A DNA stretch of 64,000 nt from Octopus sinensis (taxonomy: Eukaryota). The notes below the pieces were generated by a model. It worked only from the letters and a program-made list of their open reading frames with translations, ran no database searches and had not been told where the DNA came from. Below are positions 34,807 to 48,545 of this stretch, in pieces. A program made the position numbers and the translations under genes. The first letter of the stretch is position 1, and each line of letters opens with the position of its first letter. The stretch spans positions 57,536,001 to 57,600,000 of the forward strand of contig NC_043000.1 in assembly GCF_006345805.1 (NCBI RefSeq), in the 5' to 3' direction.

Positions 34807-37366
34807 CTGGAATTACAAAAATATAGAGAGACATTTAGTAAGCATATCACTTAAATGTTCCAATTCAACAGCCATCTTTACATTTTTGTTACTATCATTT
34901 ATATATTGACTCCCTCCCACTACTATCCTGTGGCAAACAAATATGATATAAAAATATTTTTTACTTGTACCAATATCCAATATATGCCAGCTCTCAGAGA
35001 TGAAAACAAATAAAACTACTGGGTCATAAACCCAATTTATAGGTTGTTTACACTTACTAACTACATTCAAACAAGTCAACTTATTTGTGGGTATTTTAAT
35101 ATACACCAAAGTTTAAGATACAACCAGATTTACCAGGTTGTTTTGTAAGAATGGGCAGGTATAGTTTTCAGGTACACTTAAATGCTTTTAATGAGCTGCT
35201 ATTACACAATGAATTTTGTGAAAATATTTTTAGAGTGATAAACAAAAACTTCACGACAAAATTTAAACCATGTTTTTATCAAAAGCAAACTGAGAGAAAT
35301 AGTGCAGAAAATAATTGTCAAAACTGTTGACTGAGGCGGTTGACATCTCAAATTTGCAATGTTTTCTATTCTAAAGTCTGACTTCTATTCTGAAGTCAGC
35401 CCTCTGTCAGTGGCAATGATGAGTTGCTCAATCAGCGAAACTATCTACTCAATGAAGCATGTGCAAATGGTTGAGTATTCCACAGATATGAGCATCCATA
35501 ATACTTTAATTGCTATTATTTCTAATAAATACACTATCCATGTTTTTTTTAAAATTAATTATTCTTTAATAATCAAGATTTAGTCCTCTAGCATTCATTA
35601 GTCTGTTTAATGTAATGCTTTTTTATTCACATTGTTTTGAATTAATCACACATTATCTTATAGCTTTGAGATTTTGATGATACGATTGCTTATTTTTAGG
35701 ATGACATTGTAGGGTAGGTGTGAGGGGGCAGATCTGGCTGGTTTGAACATAAAGCAAATAGAATATTTGGGTACAACTGGGTTAAATGCTAAAGGGTTAA
35801 AGGGTGTTAGTAAAATAACTTCTTTTTTAACCCATTTTTTACTGTGTTTCTATTGAAATATACTTTACTTCTATTAATTTTGAACTTAATGAAGAATTTA
35901 GTAACTTGACTTAGTCATTATTAAGATGGAATTTGGAATATTAACTGATATGAAATGATAAAATTTATATCACTTTATAGTAACAAGTTTGTAACATAAG
36001 AAGTAAGATCAGTTTCCAGTAGGTCAGTATTAAAAGGGTTAAGCTGGTGATAAAATACAAACAGTACAGTCTAAACAATTGGTGGACAAAAGGAGAAAGT
36101 ATACGATGGAGAAGTCCTTTCAAACTGGTTTCGGTGGAGAGACATGACAACTCCACTTGTGCTGGTGCCATGATAAAAATACACTCAGTACAATGTAAAG
36201 TGGTTGGTGAAAGTGAAAAATGGTATATGATTGAGAGAATCCTGTAGTCTTATTTCACTAGGGTCATGACAACTTCTCAAGCACTGGTCCTATGTTAAAA
36301 TGCACTTAGGATGCTCTAAGAATGTCTAACTGTAGAAACTAAATCAAAAACGAAACATATAATTCTCTAGCTTGTTCATGAGTGCAGTGCTCCCAGTAAG
36401 AACTGACTTGGACTGTGGCAATCTGTCCAACTCATACCAGCCTGGAAAGTGGAAGTAAGATAATGATGTCCACTGCAATTTAACTGAAGGTTCTTACATA
36501 AAATTAAAGCAAAAGGTTTAAATTTAAATATAAACATTTCAAAATGCATAGTTTTTTTTTGGCAGGTGGTGGGGTGATCATTAAAAGGTGGTCACAGGTG
36601 GACTGGCATAACTGTGTGAGACAAAACTGGACCCCTTGAATCACAGATACACTACATCCAATGGGTTTCCACATAATTTTTTACCTAACCAGTTGCACTC
36701 AAACCTTGTCAATAACAGACACTTGCCCAACATTCCAGGAAGAGGGATTCAGAATGGAATCCCATAATAGCAAAGCAAATTTCTAGACCATTTAGCTATG
36801 CTTATACTCTACTCAAATATTTTTATTCCAGCATTATTCTCCTTCAATATTTCTTTTCTTTTACACAACACGTCTTCTAACTACAGTTAAAAGATGGCTC
36901 GAAGGGAAATTAACGAGATTATGGCACAAACAAAATCCAAAAACCAAGTTTTTAGTCACATTATCAGTGCCGAATCAATAATTATCTGCATGAAATCTCT
37001 GTTTCACGTATATCATCATCATCATTTAATGTCCATTTTCCATGTTGGCAAGGGCTGGACAGGTTTTAACAATGTAAATTAAACAAGTTCAAGTTACTTA
37101 GACAGGCCTGGTTGTTTTAGAAGGTACCATTATGGTTTTAAATCTAATGGTTTAGCTGTGCAAACACATACATGTATACACATTTGCAAGCATAAACAGA
37201 ATAACACAACACTAGAAGACGACTCAAAAATAAATGAAATACATGGGAAAAAAAAATCACAAAACATGGCAGGGGGAAAAAAAAATAACAGTAGAAAATC
37301 AAGTTCAACTTCAGAAAATAACTCGTCACAAACAAATAAATTAACATAATAAACTTTTACTCTTAC

Positions 37367-37425
37367 CTTATTGGGAATCATTTCCACTAATGGTTCCAAA
37401 CATAGCTGAACTGTCCATAGACTAC
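37367..37425 (-). CDS. RMC1: RMC1 coding exon
   Basis: TATAG|...|GTAAGA, phase 1-0; (G)SLWTVQLCLEPLVEMIPNK vs human GYLWNLQVKLEPIVNLLPDK. Confidence 0.9.
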
Positions 37426-37893
37426 CTATACAGATAAAAATGAACAAAACCAAAAATAAAACAAATATGTTTTACATAAATCAGGTGATCATGTATTGAG
37501 GACCTTATTAGATAATACACACATATTGGTTGGAAAAAGATATTGAGAAGTCATCTGTACAATTATTCTTATTGCTGTTGTTCTTGTCATTATCATCCCC
37601 TGTGTATTGGATTTTCTGTATCATTATCTTCATCTCCCATTTGTCTATTCACATTGTTAATTCAAAAATATGTTTAGCAATAAATTCATTTAGCAATAAT
37701 TTGACTGCATCAACCTTCAGTGTTTATTTCAGTCTAAAATTCATTTGATCAAGTTCTATTTATCAAAAGACTAAATTTTTACTTTTAGCATAAAGGTTTG
37801 CAACTCAACACACTATTTCTACTTCATCCCTGTATACAAATATATATATATATACACACACACATATATACACATACAAATATATATATATAT

Positions 37894-40800
37894 ATGATGC
37901 ATGTGTGCGAACCGCCATGCTTCGCGGTAGTGAAACATGGGCTGTGACTGCAGAGGACATGCGTAGACTTGAAAGAAATGAAGCTAACATGATCCACTGG
38001 ATGTGTAATGTCAGTGTGCATGCACGACAGAGTGTAAGCACCCTGAGAGAAAATGCTGGACATAAGAAGCATCAGATGTGGTGTGCAAGAGAGACACTTG
38101 CGATGGTATGGCCATGTACTGCAGATGGATGAGGAGAGATGTGTGAAGAAGTGCTGCTCCCAAACAGTTGAAGGTATCAGGGGGAGAGGTAGACCCAGGA
38201 AGACATGGGATGAGGTAGTTAAGCATGACCTCCGAGGGTTGGGCCTCACAGAGGCAATGACGAAGGACCGAGATCTCTGGAGATATGCTGTGACTGCAAA
38301 GACACGGGCTGCTTCCTGCACCAGTTTTGCATAGCCCCAGCCCATTCAAAGTACCTTGGATTGCAGAATGACCTGCTGTGCTAGAGGAGACCTATTGAGT
38401 CAAGTACATGAACATTGAAATAAATATCAAATGGAAATAGTAGTTGTGATACCTGTGCCGGTGGCACGTAAAAAGCACCATCCAAACGTGGCCGATGCCA
38501 GCGCCGATTTGACTAGCTTCTGTGCTGGTGGCATGTAAAAAGCACCAACCGATCGTGGCCACTGCCAGCCTGCCGGTGGCACGTAAAAAGCACCCTCTAC
38601 ACTCACGGAGTGGTTGGCATTAGGAAGGGCATCCAGCTGTAGAAACACAGCCAGATCAGACTGGAGCCTGGTGCAGCCTCCTGGCTTCCCAGACCCCGGT
38701 CGAACCGTCCAACCCGTGCTAGCATGGAAAACGGACATTAAACGATGATAATGATGATGATATATATATATATGGGTAGAAGTAGGTGTGCACCAGGGCT
38801 CAGCCCTCAGTCCCCTTTTATTCATCATAGTCCTTCAGGCAATAACAGAGGAATTCAAAACGGGATGCCCCTGGGAGCTCCTCTATGCCGATGACCTAGC
38901 TCTCATAGCAGAATCACTACCGGAACTAGAAGAGAAATTTCGGGTGTGGAAGCAAGGGTTGGAATCAATAGCCTTAGAATAAATGTAGCAAAGACCAAAG
39001 TATTAGTAAGCAGCAAGAGGTACTCAGCACACATCCCCTCGGGTAGGTGGCCCTGCTCAACCTGTAGGAAAGGTACAGGTAGAAACTCCATAAGATGCAC
39101 CCAATGTAAGTTATGGACACATAAGAGGTGCAGCAACATTAAAGGGAAATTAACAGATAAGATAGCTTTCATGTGTGGCAGATGCACAGGGACAATAGAC
39201 ACAACAGACATTCAGAAAACAGATTCCATCACACTCCAGGGAGAGAAACTAGAAGTAGTTGATAGTTTCCGCTACCTGGGTGACCAAGTTAGTAGCGGAG
39301 GTGGATGCACAGAGAGTATCACCACTAGAATACGAATAGCCTGGGCAAAGTTCAGAAAGCTCCTACCCCTACTGGCAACAAAAGGTCTCTCCCTCAGAGC
39401 AAAAGGTAGATTGTATGATGCATGTGTGCGAACTGCCATGCTTCACGGTAATGAAACTTGGGCTGTGACTGCAGAAGACATGCGTAGACTTGAAAGAAAT
39501 GAAGCTAGCATGATCCGCTGGATGTGTAGTGTCAGTGTGCACGCAAGACAGAGTGTAAGCATCCTGAGAGAAATGCTGGATATAAGAAGCATCAGATGTG
39601 GTGTGCAAGAGCGACGCTTGCGATGGTATGGTCATGTGCTGCGGATGGATGAAGAGAGATGTGTGAAGAAGTGCCACTCCCAAACAGTTGAAGGTATCAG
39701 GGGGAGAGGTAGACCCAGGAAGACATGGGATGAGGTAGTTAAGCATGACCTCCGAGGGTTGGGCCTCACAGAGGCAATGACGAAGGACCGAGATCTCTGG
39801 AGATATGCTGTGACTGCAAAGACACGGGCTGCTTCCTGCACCAGTTTTGCATAGCCCCAGCCCATTCAAAGTACCTTGGATTGCAGAATGACCTGCTGTG
39901 CTAGAGGAGACCTATTGAGTCAAGTACATGAACATTGAAATAAATATCAAATGGAAATAGTAGTTGTGATACCTGTGCCGGTGGCACGTAAAAAGCACCA
40001 TCCAAACGTGGCCGATGCCAGCGCCGATTTGACTAGCTTCTGTGCTGGTGGCATGTAAAAAGCACCAACCGATCGTGGCCACTGCCAGCCTGCCGGTGGC
40101 ACGTAAAAAGCACCCTCTACACTCACGGAGTGGTTGGCATTAGGAAGGGCATCCAGCTGTAGAAACACAGCCAGATCAGACTGGAGCCTGGTGCAGCCTC
40201 CTGGCTTCCCAGACCCCGGTCGAACCGTCCAACCCGTGCTAGCATGGAAAACGGACATTAAACGATGATAATGATGATGATATATATATATATATGGGTA
40301 GAAGTAGGTGTGCACCAGGGCTCAGCCCTCAGTCCCCTTTTATTCATCATAGTCCTTCAGGCAATAACAGAGGAATTCAAAACGGGATGCCCCTGGGAGC
40401 TCCTCTATGCCGATGACCTAGCTCTCATAGCAGAATCACTACCGGAACTAGAAGAGAAATTTCGGGTGTGGAAGCAAGGGTTGGAATCAATAGCCTTAGA
40501 ATAAATGTAGCAAAGACCAAAGTATTAGTAAGCAGCAAGAGGTACTCAGCACACATCCCCTCGGGTAGGTGGCCCTGCTCAACCTGTAGGAAAGGTACAG
40601 GTAGAAACTCCATAAGATGCACCCAATGTAAGTTATGGACACATAAGAGGTGCAGCAACATTAAAGGGAAATTAACAGATAAGATAGCTTTCATGTGTGG
40701 CAGATGCACAGGGACAATAGACACAACAGACATTCAGAAAACAGATTCCATCACACTCCAGGGAGAGAAACTAGAAGTAGTTGATAGTTTCCGCTACCTG

Positions 40801-41712
40801 GGTGACCAAGTTAGTAGCGGAGGTGGATGCACAGAGAGTATCACCACTAGAATACGAATAGCCTGGGCAAAGTTCAGAAAGCTCCTACCCCTACTGGCAA
40901 CAAAAGGTCTCTCCCTCAGAGCAAAAGGTAGATTGTATGATGCATGTGTGCGAACTGCCATGCTTCACGGTAATGAAACTTGGGCTGTGACTGCAGAAGA
41001 CATGCGTAGACTTGAAAGAAATGAAGCTAGCATGATCCGCTGGATGTGTAGTGTCAGTGTGCACGCAAGACAGAGTGTAAGCATCCTGAGAGAAATGCTG
41101 GATATAAGAAGCATCAGATGTGGTGTGCAAGAGCGACGCTTGCGATGGTATGGTCATGTGCTGCGGATGGATGAAGAGAGATGTGTGAAGAAGTGCCACT
41201 CCCAAACAGTTGAAGGTATCAGGGGGAGAGGTAGACCCAGGAAGACATGGGATGAGGTGGTCAAGCATGACCTCAGAGCATTGGGCCTCACTGAGGCAAT
41301 GGCGAAGGACCGAGATCTCTGGAGATATGCTGTGACTACAAAGACCCGGGCTGCTTTCTGCAGCAATTCCACATACCCCCTACCCATTCTAAGTACCCCG
41401 GATCCCCAAAGTACCCTGGATCCCCAAAGTACCCCGATCCCCAAAGTACCCCGGACCTCGTTGCCCCCGTGCCGCTGACACGTTAAAATGCTCGAACCGA
41501 TCGTGACCGATGCCGGACCCTCCGGCCCCTGTGCTGGTGGCACGTAAAAAGCACCCAATCCACTCACGGAGTGGTTGGCGTTAGGAAGGGCATCCAGCCG
41601 TAGAAACTCTGCCAGATTCAGACTGGAGCCTGGAGCGGCCCCTGGCTTCCCAGACCCGGTCGAACCGTCCAACCCGTGCTAGCGCGGAAAGCGGACGTTA
41701 AACGATGATGAT
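37894..41712 (+). mobile_element. Three head-to-tail 5'-truncated RTE LINE copies (37894-38760, 38774-40282, 40296-41712)
   Basis: GVHQGSALSPLLF, LLYADDL, FRYLGD, RLRWYGHV and GRGRPRKTW motifs; (GAT)n tails; ORFs 38946-39854 and 40468-41478 are offset by 1522 bp; both long copies share a frameshift after GLES. Confidence 0.95.
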
Positions 41713-41873
41713 ATATATATATATACACACACACGCATACATACATATATATATGTATATATACACATACATATATATATATATGTATATATACACATAC
41801 ATATATATATATATATATGTATATATACACATACATATATATATATATGTATATATACACATACATACATATA

Positions 41874-43409
41874 TTAGGTTGGCAACTAAGTTTTTGCTGT
41901 TTTTAAATTTAAATTTTTTAAAAGGTTTAATAAAAAATAACAACTAATTAATCAATAATGTAATCACCCTTGTTGTTTACAGCTTCTTCCCAATGATCAA
42001 CAAGAATTTTCAATACCTCATTGGTAGAAACCATCCGATTTCGACTCGAAAAATTGATCCAACCAGGCTCTCAATTCTGCATCAGTATTGAACGAAACTC
42101 CACGCAGAGCATTTGAAAGAGATCGAAATAGGTGGAAATCCATTGGTGCCAAATCAGGAGAGTACAGCGGGTGTGGCAGCACTTCCCAGCCATGCGTTTG
42201 AATGGCTTCCTTGGTCATATTGGTGATATGAGGGTGGGTTTTGTCATGCAGCAGAAGAACTCCATGCTGATGATTAGGTCTTTTCTCTTGAATAGTCGTG
42301 TTGAGTTGTTCCATCTGTTCCATAGAGTTCCGTGTTGACTGTTTGGTTCCGTTCAAGCAATTCATAATGGATAATCCCTTTCCAGCCCCACCATATGCAC
42401 AACATTATTTTATGTGGATGAGTGCTGCTGGACTGGCTCCTGTGAAGGTGGCACATAAAAAGCACCATTTGAGTGTGGCCGTTGCCAGTACTGCCTGACT
42501 GGCCTTCATCCTGGTGGCACGTAAAAGCACCCACTACACTCTCGGAGTGGTTGGCGTTAGGAAGGGCATCAAGCTGTAGAAACTCTGCCAGATCAGATTG
42601 GTGCAGCCATCTAGTTTGCCAGACCTCAGTCAAATCGTCCAATCCATGCTAGCATGGAAAGTGGATGTTAAACGATGATGATGATGATCTTGTTTCACAT
42701 GCAGTGTTGTTTGTTTATCGGGGCTAAGCCATTCCTTATACTGCTTCATATTGATGTACAGGCACCATTTTTCGTTGCCAGTAACGATTTGGTAAAGAAA
42801 TAGTTGCTTGTATCCATGAGTTGAGTGGCGACGAGCAAGCAAACCAGTGGAGATTGTGGCTTGTTGATTTTTGTTGTTGTCACTTAAAGCATGCGGAATC
42901 CATGCTCCATATTTGTGAACCTTTCCCATCGAGTGGAGATGCTTCTCTATAGCAGTGTGGGAACATTCCATTTTCTCTGCCATTTCCCTTGTTTGACGAG
43001 AATTTTCGTGCAAAAGTTGGCTTAATTGCTCTTCATTGAACTGGACGGCCAGAACGAGGTGTGTCTTTGAGGTCAAAATTTCCATTTTTGAATTTGGCAT
43101 ACCAATCACGAGCAGTTCTTTCAGCTATGGTACCCTCTCCATACACAGCACAAATGTTGCAAGCAGCTTTTGTGGCCTTAGAACCTTGATTAAAAGCAAA
43201 AAGAAGGTGGTGTTGAAAATGCCTGTTTTTGTTAACTTGACATTCCATTTTAAAGATCTGAAAATAAACAAAAATTAACTAGAAAAAAACCCCCCAAAGA
43301 TTCCAAAATGATTCAAAAATAGAATTCTCAAAAAAAATAGATTCCAAAAATTTAAAAACGCAATAAATTCCAACATTTAAAAAAAACGGGAACTTAGTTG
43401 CCAACCCAA
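41874..43409 (-). mobile_element. mariner (Tc1/mariner, D,D34D type) element with a defective transposase, interrupted by an RTE tail at ~42421-42688
   Basis: TA-flanked TIRs TTAGGTTGGCAACTAAGTT / AACTTAGTTGCCAACCCAA; motifs RSGRP, WIPHAL, VTGNEKW, LLHD and YSPDLAPMDFHLF across frameshifted ORFs. Confidence 0.93.
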
Positions 43410-43439
43410 TATATATATATACACATACAATGGTATTCA

Positions 43440-43845
43440 CCATGATTAATGCTCTAATTGTGGAGGGAACTGGTGGGAGGGGTAGACCCAGGAAATGTGA
43501 GATGAAATGGTGAGAAAAGATCTTTGAACATTGGGCCTCACTGAAAAAATGACAAGGGACTGGGAATTATTGTGATTTGCTGTATTTGAGATGTTTCAAG
43601 CTAAGTAAATTTGCTGTCATCTATACATGCAGGCTTGCCCCAATTACAGGTGCTGGTGGCATATAAAAAGGATCCAGCACACTCTGTAAAGTGGTTGGAG
43701 TTAGGAAGGATATCCATCTGTAGAAATCATGCTACAGCAGACAAGCAGATTTTAGATGGCTCCCTGGCTGGTTAGCTCCTGTCAAACTGTAAAACCCAAT
43801 CCAGTATGGAAAACAGACAGGTGGTGGTGATGATGATGTAAGGGA
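43440..43845 (+). mobile_element. Degenerate RTE 3' fragment; further RTE tails at ~19970-20115(-), ~47540-48130(+), ~50300-50560(-), ~51630-52090, ~53830-54005(+)
   Basis: All share the GGCAC.TAAAAGCACC / AGGAAGGGCATCCAGC.GTAGAAA / (GAT)n blocks. Confidence 0.75.
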
Positions 43846-45061
43846 TTCGCAATAGTGTCCGTCAATCAGATTCCACTCACAAAGTAATGATAAATACATG
43901 GTTACAAAAGCAGACATATATCCAAGGTGCTACACTATGGGATTGAACTTAGAACCATGTGATTACAAAGCAAACTGTTTAACCACACAGCTATACTTAC
44001 ATTAGTGTGTTGCTAATAATTATTTTGTTTTAACCAGGCATAAGAGTGTTTCATGTTTGTAAAAAAATAATTAGAAGATTGAGTCAACTCCAAAATATAC
44101 ATCATGCTTATTTGAACAGAAAAAAAAAACCTACTACATGGTTACTGAGCTAATAGAGAACAGTCAAATTCCCCTCAAAACACATCCTACCACCTTCAGA
44201 AAATGAAGGACACATTGGGCAATGTAGTCCTAGATATAGTGCCTGAAAATAGGATGGTGTGTCATGGCTGGAATGCTCTTGATCATAGGTCTATTCAATC
44301 AGAACTCACCTGGGCCTAAACACTGACAGAATACCAAGAGCCAGAATGGATACCATAAAGTATCTCATTTGATGCTCTAATAGTTCTGATAATTTACTGC
44401 TTTGGACTGGTACTTCATCAACCTCAAAAAGATGAAAGGCAAAATTGGCCTTAATGAGATTTGAATGTAGCGCACAGAGTGCTAGAATGAATATTATCAG
44501 TCGTCCCAATGACTCTGTAAATTTGACATTCTAATTTTTATTAATTAAAAACTAATTTCATTCATGCCAGCTTGGAAAAATTGAATATAAAAATGAGGGG
44601 GGGGATGACATCAAAATTTACTATATTCCACCAAACGTTTAAAATGGGCTTCTTTCACTGTTAAACAGGCTTGCAAACTTTTTAGCTACAAATTGGCAAG
44701 CTTTGAGATCTTTGATACAAAAATCAAGCCTGTCAAGTGATTTCAAGAAAGGGTAAAAAAAAAAAATCCTGTTCTATATTTTGCTATGTTATAAATGTAA
44801 TTAATATTACATCTCGCTCAAATCCATTCGCAATGATAATTAAATAGAAATCTTTTTAGTTCAACCTAGTTAGTGTTTCTACCAATGTATCAGTTTATAT
44901 ACTTTCTAATTATCTACAGATGAATTACTGTTGAATAATTTAGTATGTACTTTTGAATTAGCAACAATGCGAATAGAAAAACAGCTGACGAAGTTAATAG
45001 TATACAAAATCCAATGAACAAACAACTATAACAGAACAACATCAATAATATGAATAATTAT

Positions 45062-46565
45062 TTCTAATTTAGGCACAAGGGCAGCAATTTTGAATGAAGG
45101 TTGAAAATCAATAATACTGACTAAACTTCTCTCCTCAAAATTGCTACCTTAGGACTTGACTAGTTCTTCATTTTAGCCCCATGGAGGGAAGAAAATCAAA
45201 ATTGAGATCAGTGGAATTTGAACTTGGAATATACAGTGTTGAAAGAAATATTTACAAAGCATTCATCTAACTCTAATGATTCTGCCAATCCACAGCCATG
45301 ATGATGATAATAATGTTTACAAATTTGGACACAAGGCCAGCAATTTCTTTTGGGGAGAAGAGGACTATTTGATTACAAGGACAGCAGTGTTCAACTAGTA
45401 CTTATTTTGAAAGGATGAAAAACAAAGTTGACTGAGCCAAAACTTGAACACAGAACATAATTAGCTAGAAGAAATGCCACTAAATATTTTGTCTGATGTG
45501 CTAATAATTCTGCCAGCTCAGTAATAGTAATTATCCTTTCTACTATAGGTACAAGACCTGAAACTTGGCGGTGGGTGGGTGGGGGGATGGACACACAGGG
45601 TAGATGATTATATCAACCCCAGTGCACCACTGGTACTTATTTTATTAACCCCTGAAAGATGAAAAGCAAAGTTGATCCTGGAACAATTAGGACTCAGAAT
45701 GGCAGAAGAAATGCTGCTAAGTATTCTATCCAATGTGCTAACAATTGTGCCAGATCAATAATAATAATAATAATAATAATCCTTTCTACTAAAGGCACAT
45801 GGCTTGAAATTTGCTGGGAGGGACTAGTCGATTACATTGACCCCAGTATTTCACTAGTACTTAGTTTATTGACCCCGAAAGGATGAAAGGTAAAGTTGAT
45901 CTCGGCAGAATTTGAACTCAGAACGTAGCAATGGGCGAAATACTGCTAAGCATTTCATCCAGCGAGCTAACGACTACCAACTTGCTGCCTTAATCATATT
46001 AATCACAATAATCCTTTCTACTACAGGCATAAGGCCTGGAATTTTGGGGGAGGGGGCTAGTCGATTATATTGACTCCCAGTACAATGGAAGAAAAGCCAC
46101 TAAGCATTTTGTCTGGCATGCTAACGATTCTGCAAGCTTGCTACCTTAATAATGGCCTGAAATCTGAGGGGAGGGGGGACTAGTTGATTACATCAACCCC
46201 AGTGTTTCAATGATACTTAATTTATCGACCCTGAAAGAATGAAAAGTAAAGTTGACCTTGGTGGAATTTGAACTCAGAACGTAGTGGCAGGTGAAATACT
46301 GCTAAGCATTTTGTCCAGGGTGCTAACAACTTAGTCAGCAATAATAAAAATAATCCTTTCTAGTATAGGCACAAGGCCTGAAATTAGGGGGAGGGGATAG
46401 TCAATTACATCGACACCAGTGTGTAACTGGTACTTATTTCATCAACATGAAAGAATGAAAGGTAAAGTAAACCTTGGTGGAATTTGAACTCAGAATGTAG
46501 TGACGGGCGAAATACCGCTAAGCATTCTGTCCAGCATGCTAATGATTCTGGCAGCTCACTGTCTT
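45062..46565 (-). repeat. Head-to-tail cluster of about 7 family-B SINE copies separated by (AAT)n
   Basis: Repeated CCTTTCTACT..AGGCACAAGG ... GGAATTTGAACTCAGAA ... GCTAAC.ATTCTGCCAGC units, all in one orientation. Confidence 0.85.
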
Positions 46566-48545
46566 AGCAAAAATAATTAATTCTTTTATTTTTTTAATAA
46601 TTAATTCTTTTATTGTCTTAGCAAAAATAATAACAACAAGAGCACTCAGAGAGCACAAACCTCCGCCAAGGCAACACAATGTCTTCTCAACGATTAGTCA
46701 GAGATAATTTTTAAAAATGAGAATATCTGAAATAAACTTGACTGCTCTCACAAATGAGAATACTAAAAATGAACCCGACTGCTCTCAAAATAATTAAGTA
46801 AAAACAGGAAAAATAAGCCCAGTACCGAAAAATTGTCCAGTACCGAATTGATCACAAATTCTAATCAGTTCATGCCAATCACAAAACCAAACATCCCTGA
46901 AAGTTTCATGTGAATCCATCCAACAGCTCTTGAGATATCTTGTTCATGGACAAACAAACGCATGCAATGGAAAACAATAATTCCGCCTTAGCGAAGGTAA
47001 TAATGATAATTTCTAACATAAGGTACAATTCACAAATTTAGTGGAGAGGAGAACAGTTCATTATAGCGACTGCTTCCCTCTCTCCAAATTTGACTTGTAT
47101 TTTATTTTGCGTTTGAGTGGTATTTTGTTTTATCAACCCAGGAGGTTGTAAGAAAAGTTGACCATAGCAGAATATAAAGAACTGAAACAAACACAAGCTA
47201 TGTTGTCTGATGTTCTAAAGATTCTGCCAATTTGTCAATAATATTGATTTCTGCTAAAAAGGATAGTTATTAAATAGGATGATGTGACTCAAACTGGGTA
47301 TTGAAATCAAGGTTGTTGATTCAGTTCACTGAGAAAACAACAACAATAATACATTCAATCAAAGGAGCCTCCTAGTCATTGCTTGGCCTGCAAGAAATAG
47401 CAACCAAATTTCTCTCAAACCACACACATCTTAATACAGAAAAGACACATTGGATCATGTAGTCCGAGACATACTAGATTTAATCTTTAATCAATCTCAC
47501 AAAGAGATTATAAATGACAAAAAAAAAATGCTTATTATTGTGCATGTAGCCTTTTATGTGCCAGTGACACATAAAAGGCATCCATCCCAGTAACATATAA
47601 AAGGTACCCACTACACTCTTGGAATGGTTGGCAATTAGAAAGGGCATCCAGCCGTAGAAACTAGGCTAAACTAGACTGGAGCCTGGTACAGTTCTCTGGC
47701 TTATCAGTTCCAGTCAAACTGTCTAATTCATGCCAGCATAGAAAATGGATGCATGATGATGATGTATCGTTTCATATATGTTAAAATGTGAGTGTGTGAT
47801 ATTCATGCATTTCCGAGGTTATTGACAATGTGATGATAAGTGGCTGAGACCTTTGGCAATGCTGTGTTGAAAAGGCCTGTCAAACCAAGTGAAATCGCAG
47901 TCGTAATTGTGGTCATTGCAGGTGTCATGTAAACAGCACCCATGCTGGTGGCACGTAAGAGCACTCATTAAGCTATTGAAATGGTTGGCATTAGGAAGAG
48001 CAACCAGATGTAGAAACCATGCCACAAATCAAACAGGAACCTGGAGCAGCTGTCTGGCTTATCAGTTCCAGGCAAACCATCTAACCAATGCCAAGTATGG
48101 AAAGCGAATGTTAAATGATAATGATGTTGTATGAAACAGTTGTAACTGAGAACTAAAGTTAGACCCACAAGCTATATGAAAAGAAGGCAATAATGATGAT
48201 GATGGTAATGATGATTGTTGTCGTCATTGCCAATGCCACCACCACCTCCAATACTTGCTATATGAATCACTAAATAAATATGTATGATATACATCATGTG
48301 GCATAAGAAAAAATAATTATTTACAAAGTAAACTAATGAGTTCAGGCTTGACTGTGTGCTTCAACAAGCTGTGTTGAAACCATGTGGTTGACATCTGTTA
48401 CAGTGTGTGGCACCTACGGCAAGTGTTGTCTTCTATATCCCCAATCTGACAAATGTTTTGTGAGTGAATCTGATAGACAGTAACTATGTGAAAGACCTCT
48501 GTGTATGTACCTCTCTCTCTCTCTGTCACCATCATCACCAACTAA

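Noticed and set aside
34813-34890. VKMAVELEHLSDML in ORF 34813-35109 loosely resembling RMC1 LQVKLEPIVNLL
   Set aside because: The true exon for this segment is 37367-37425. This stretch is the intron end with branch-point-like and pyrimidine-rich sequence.
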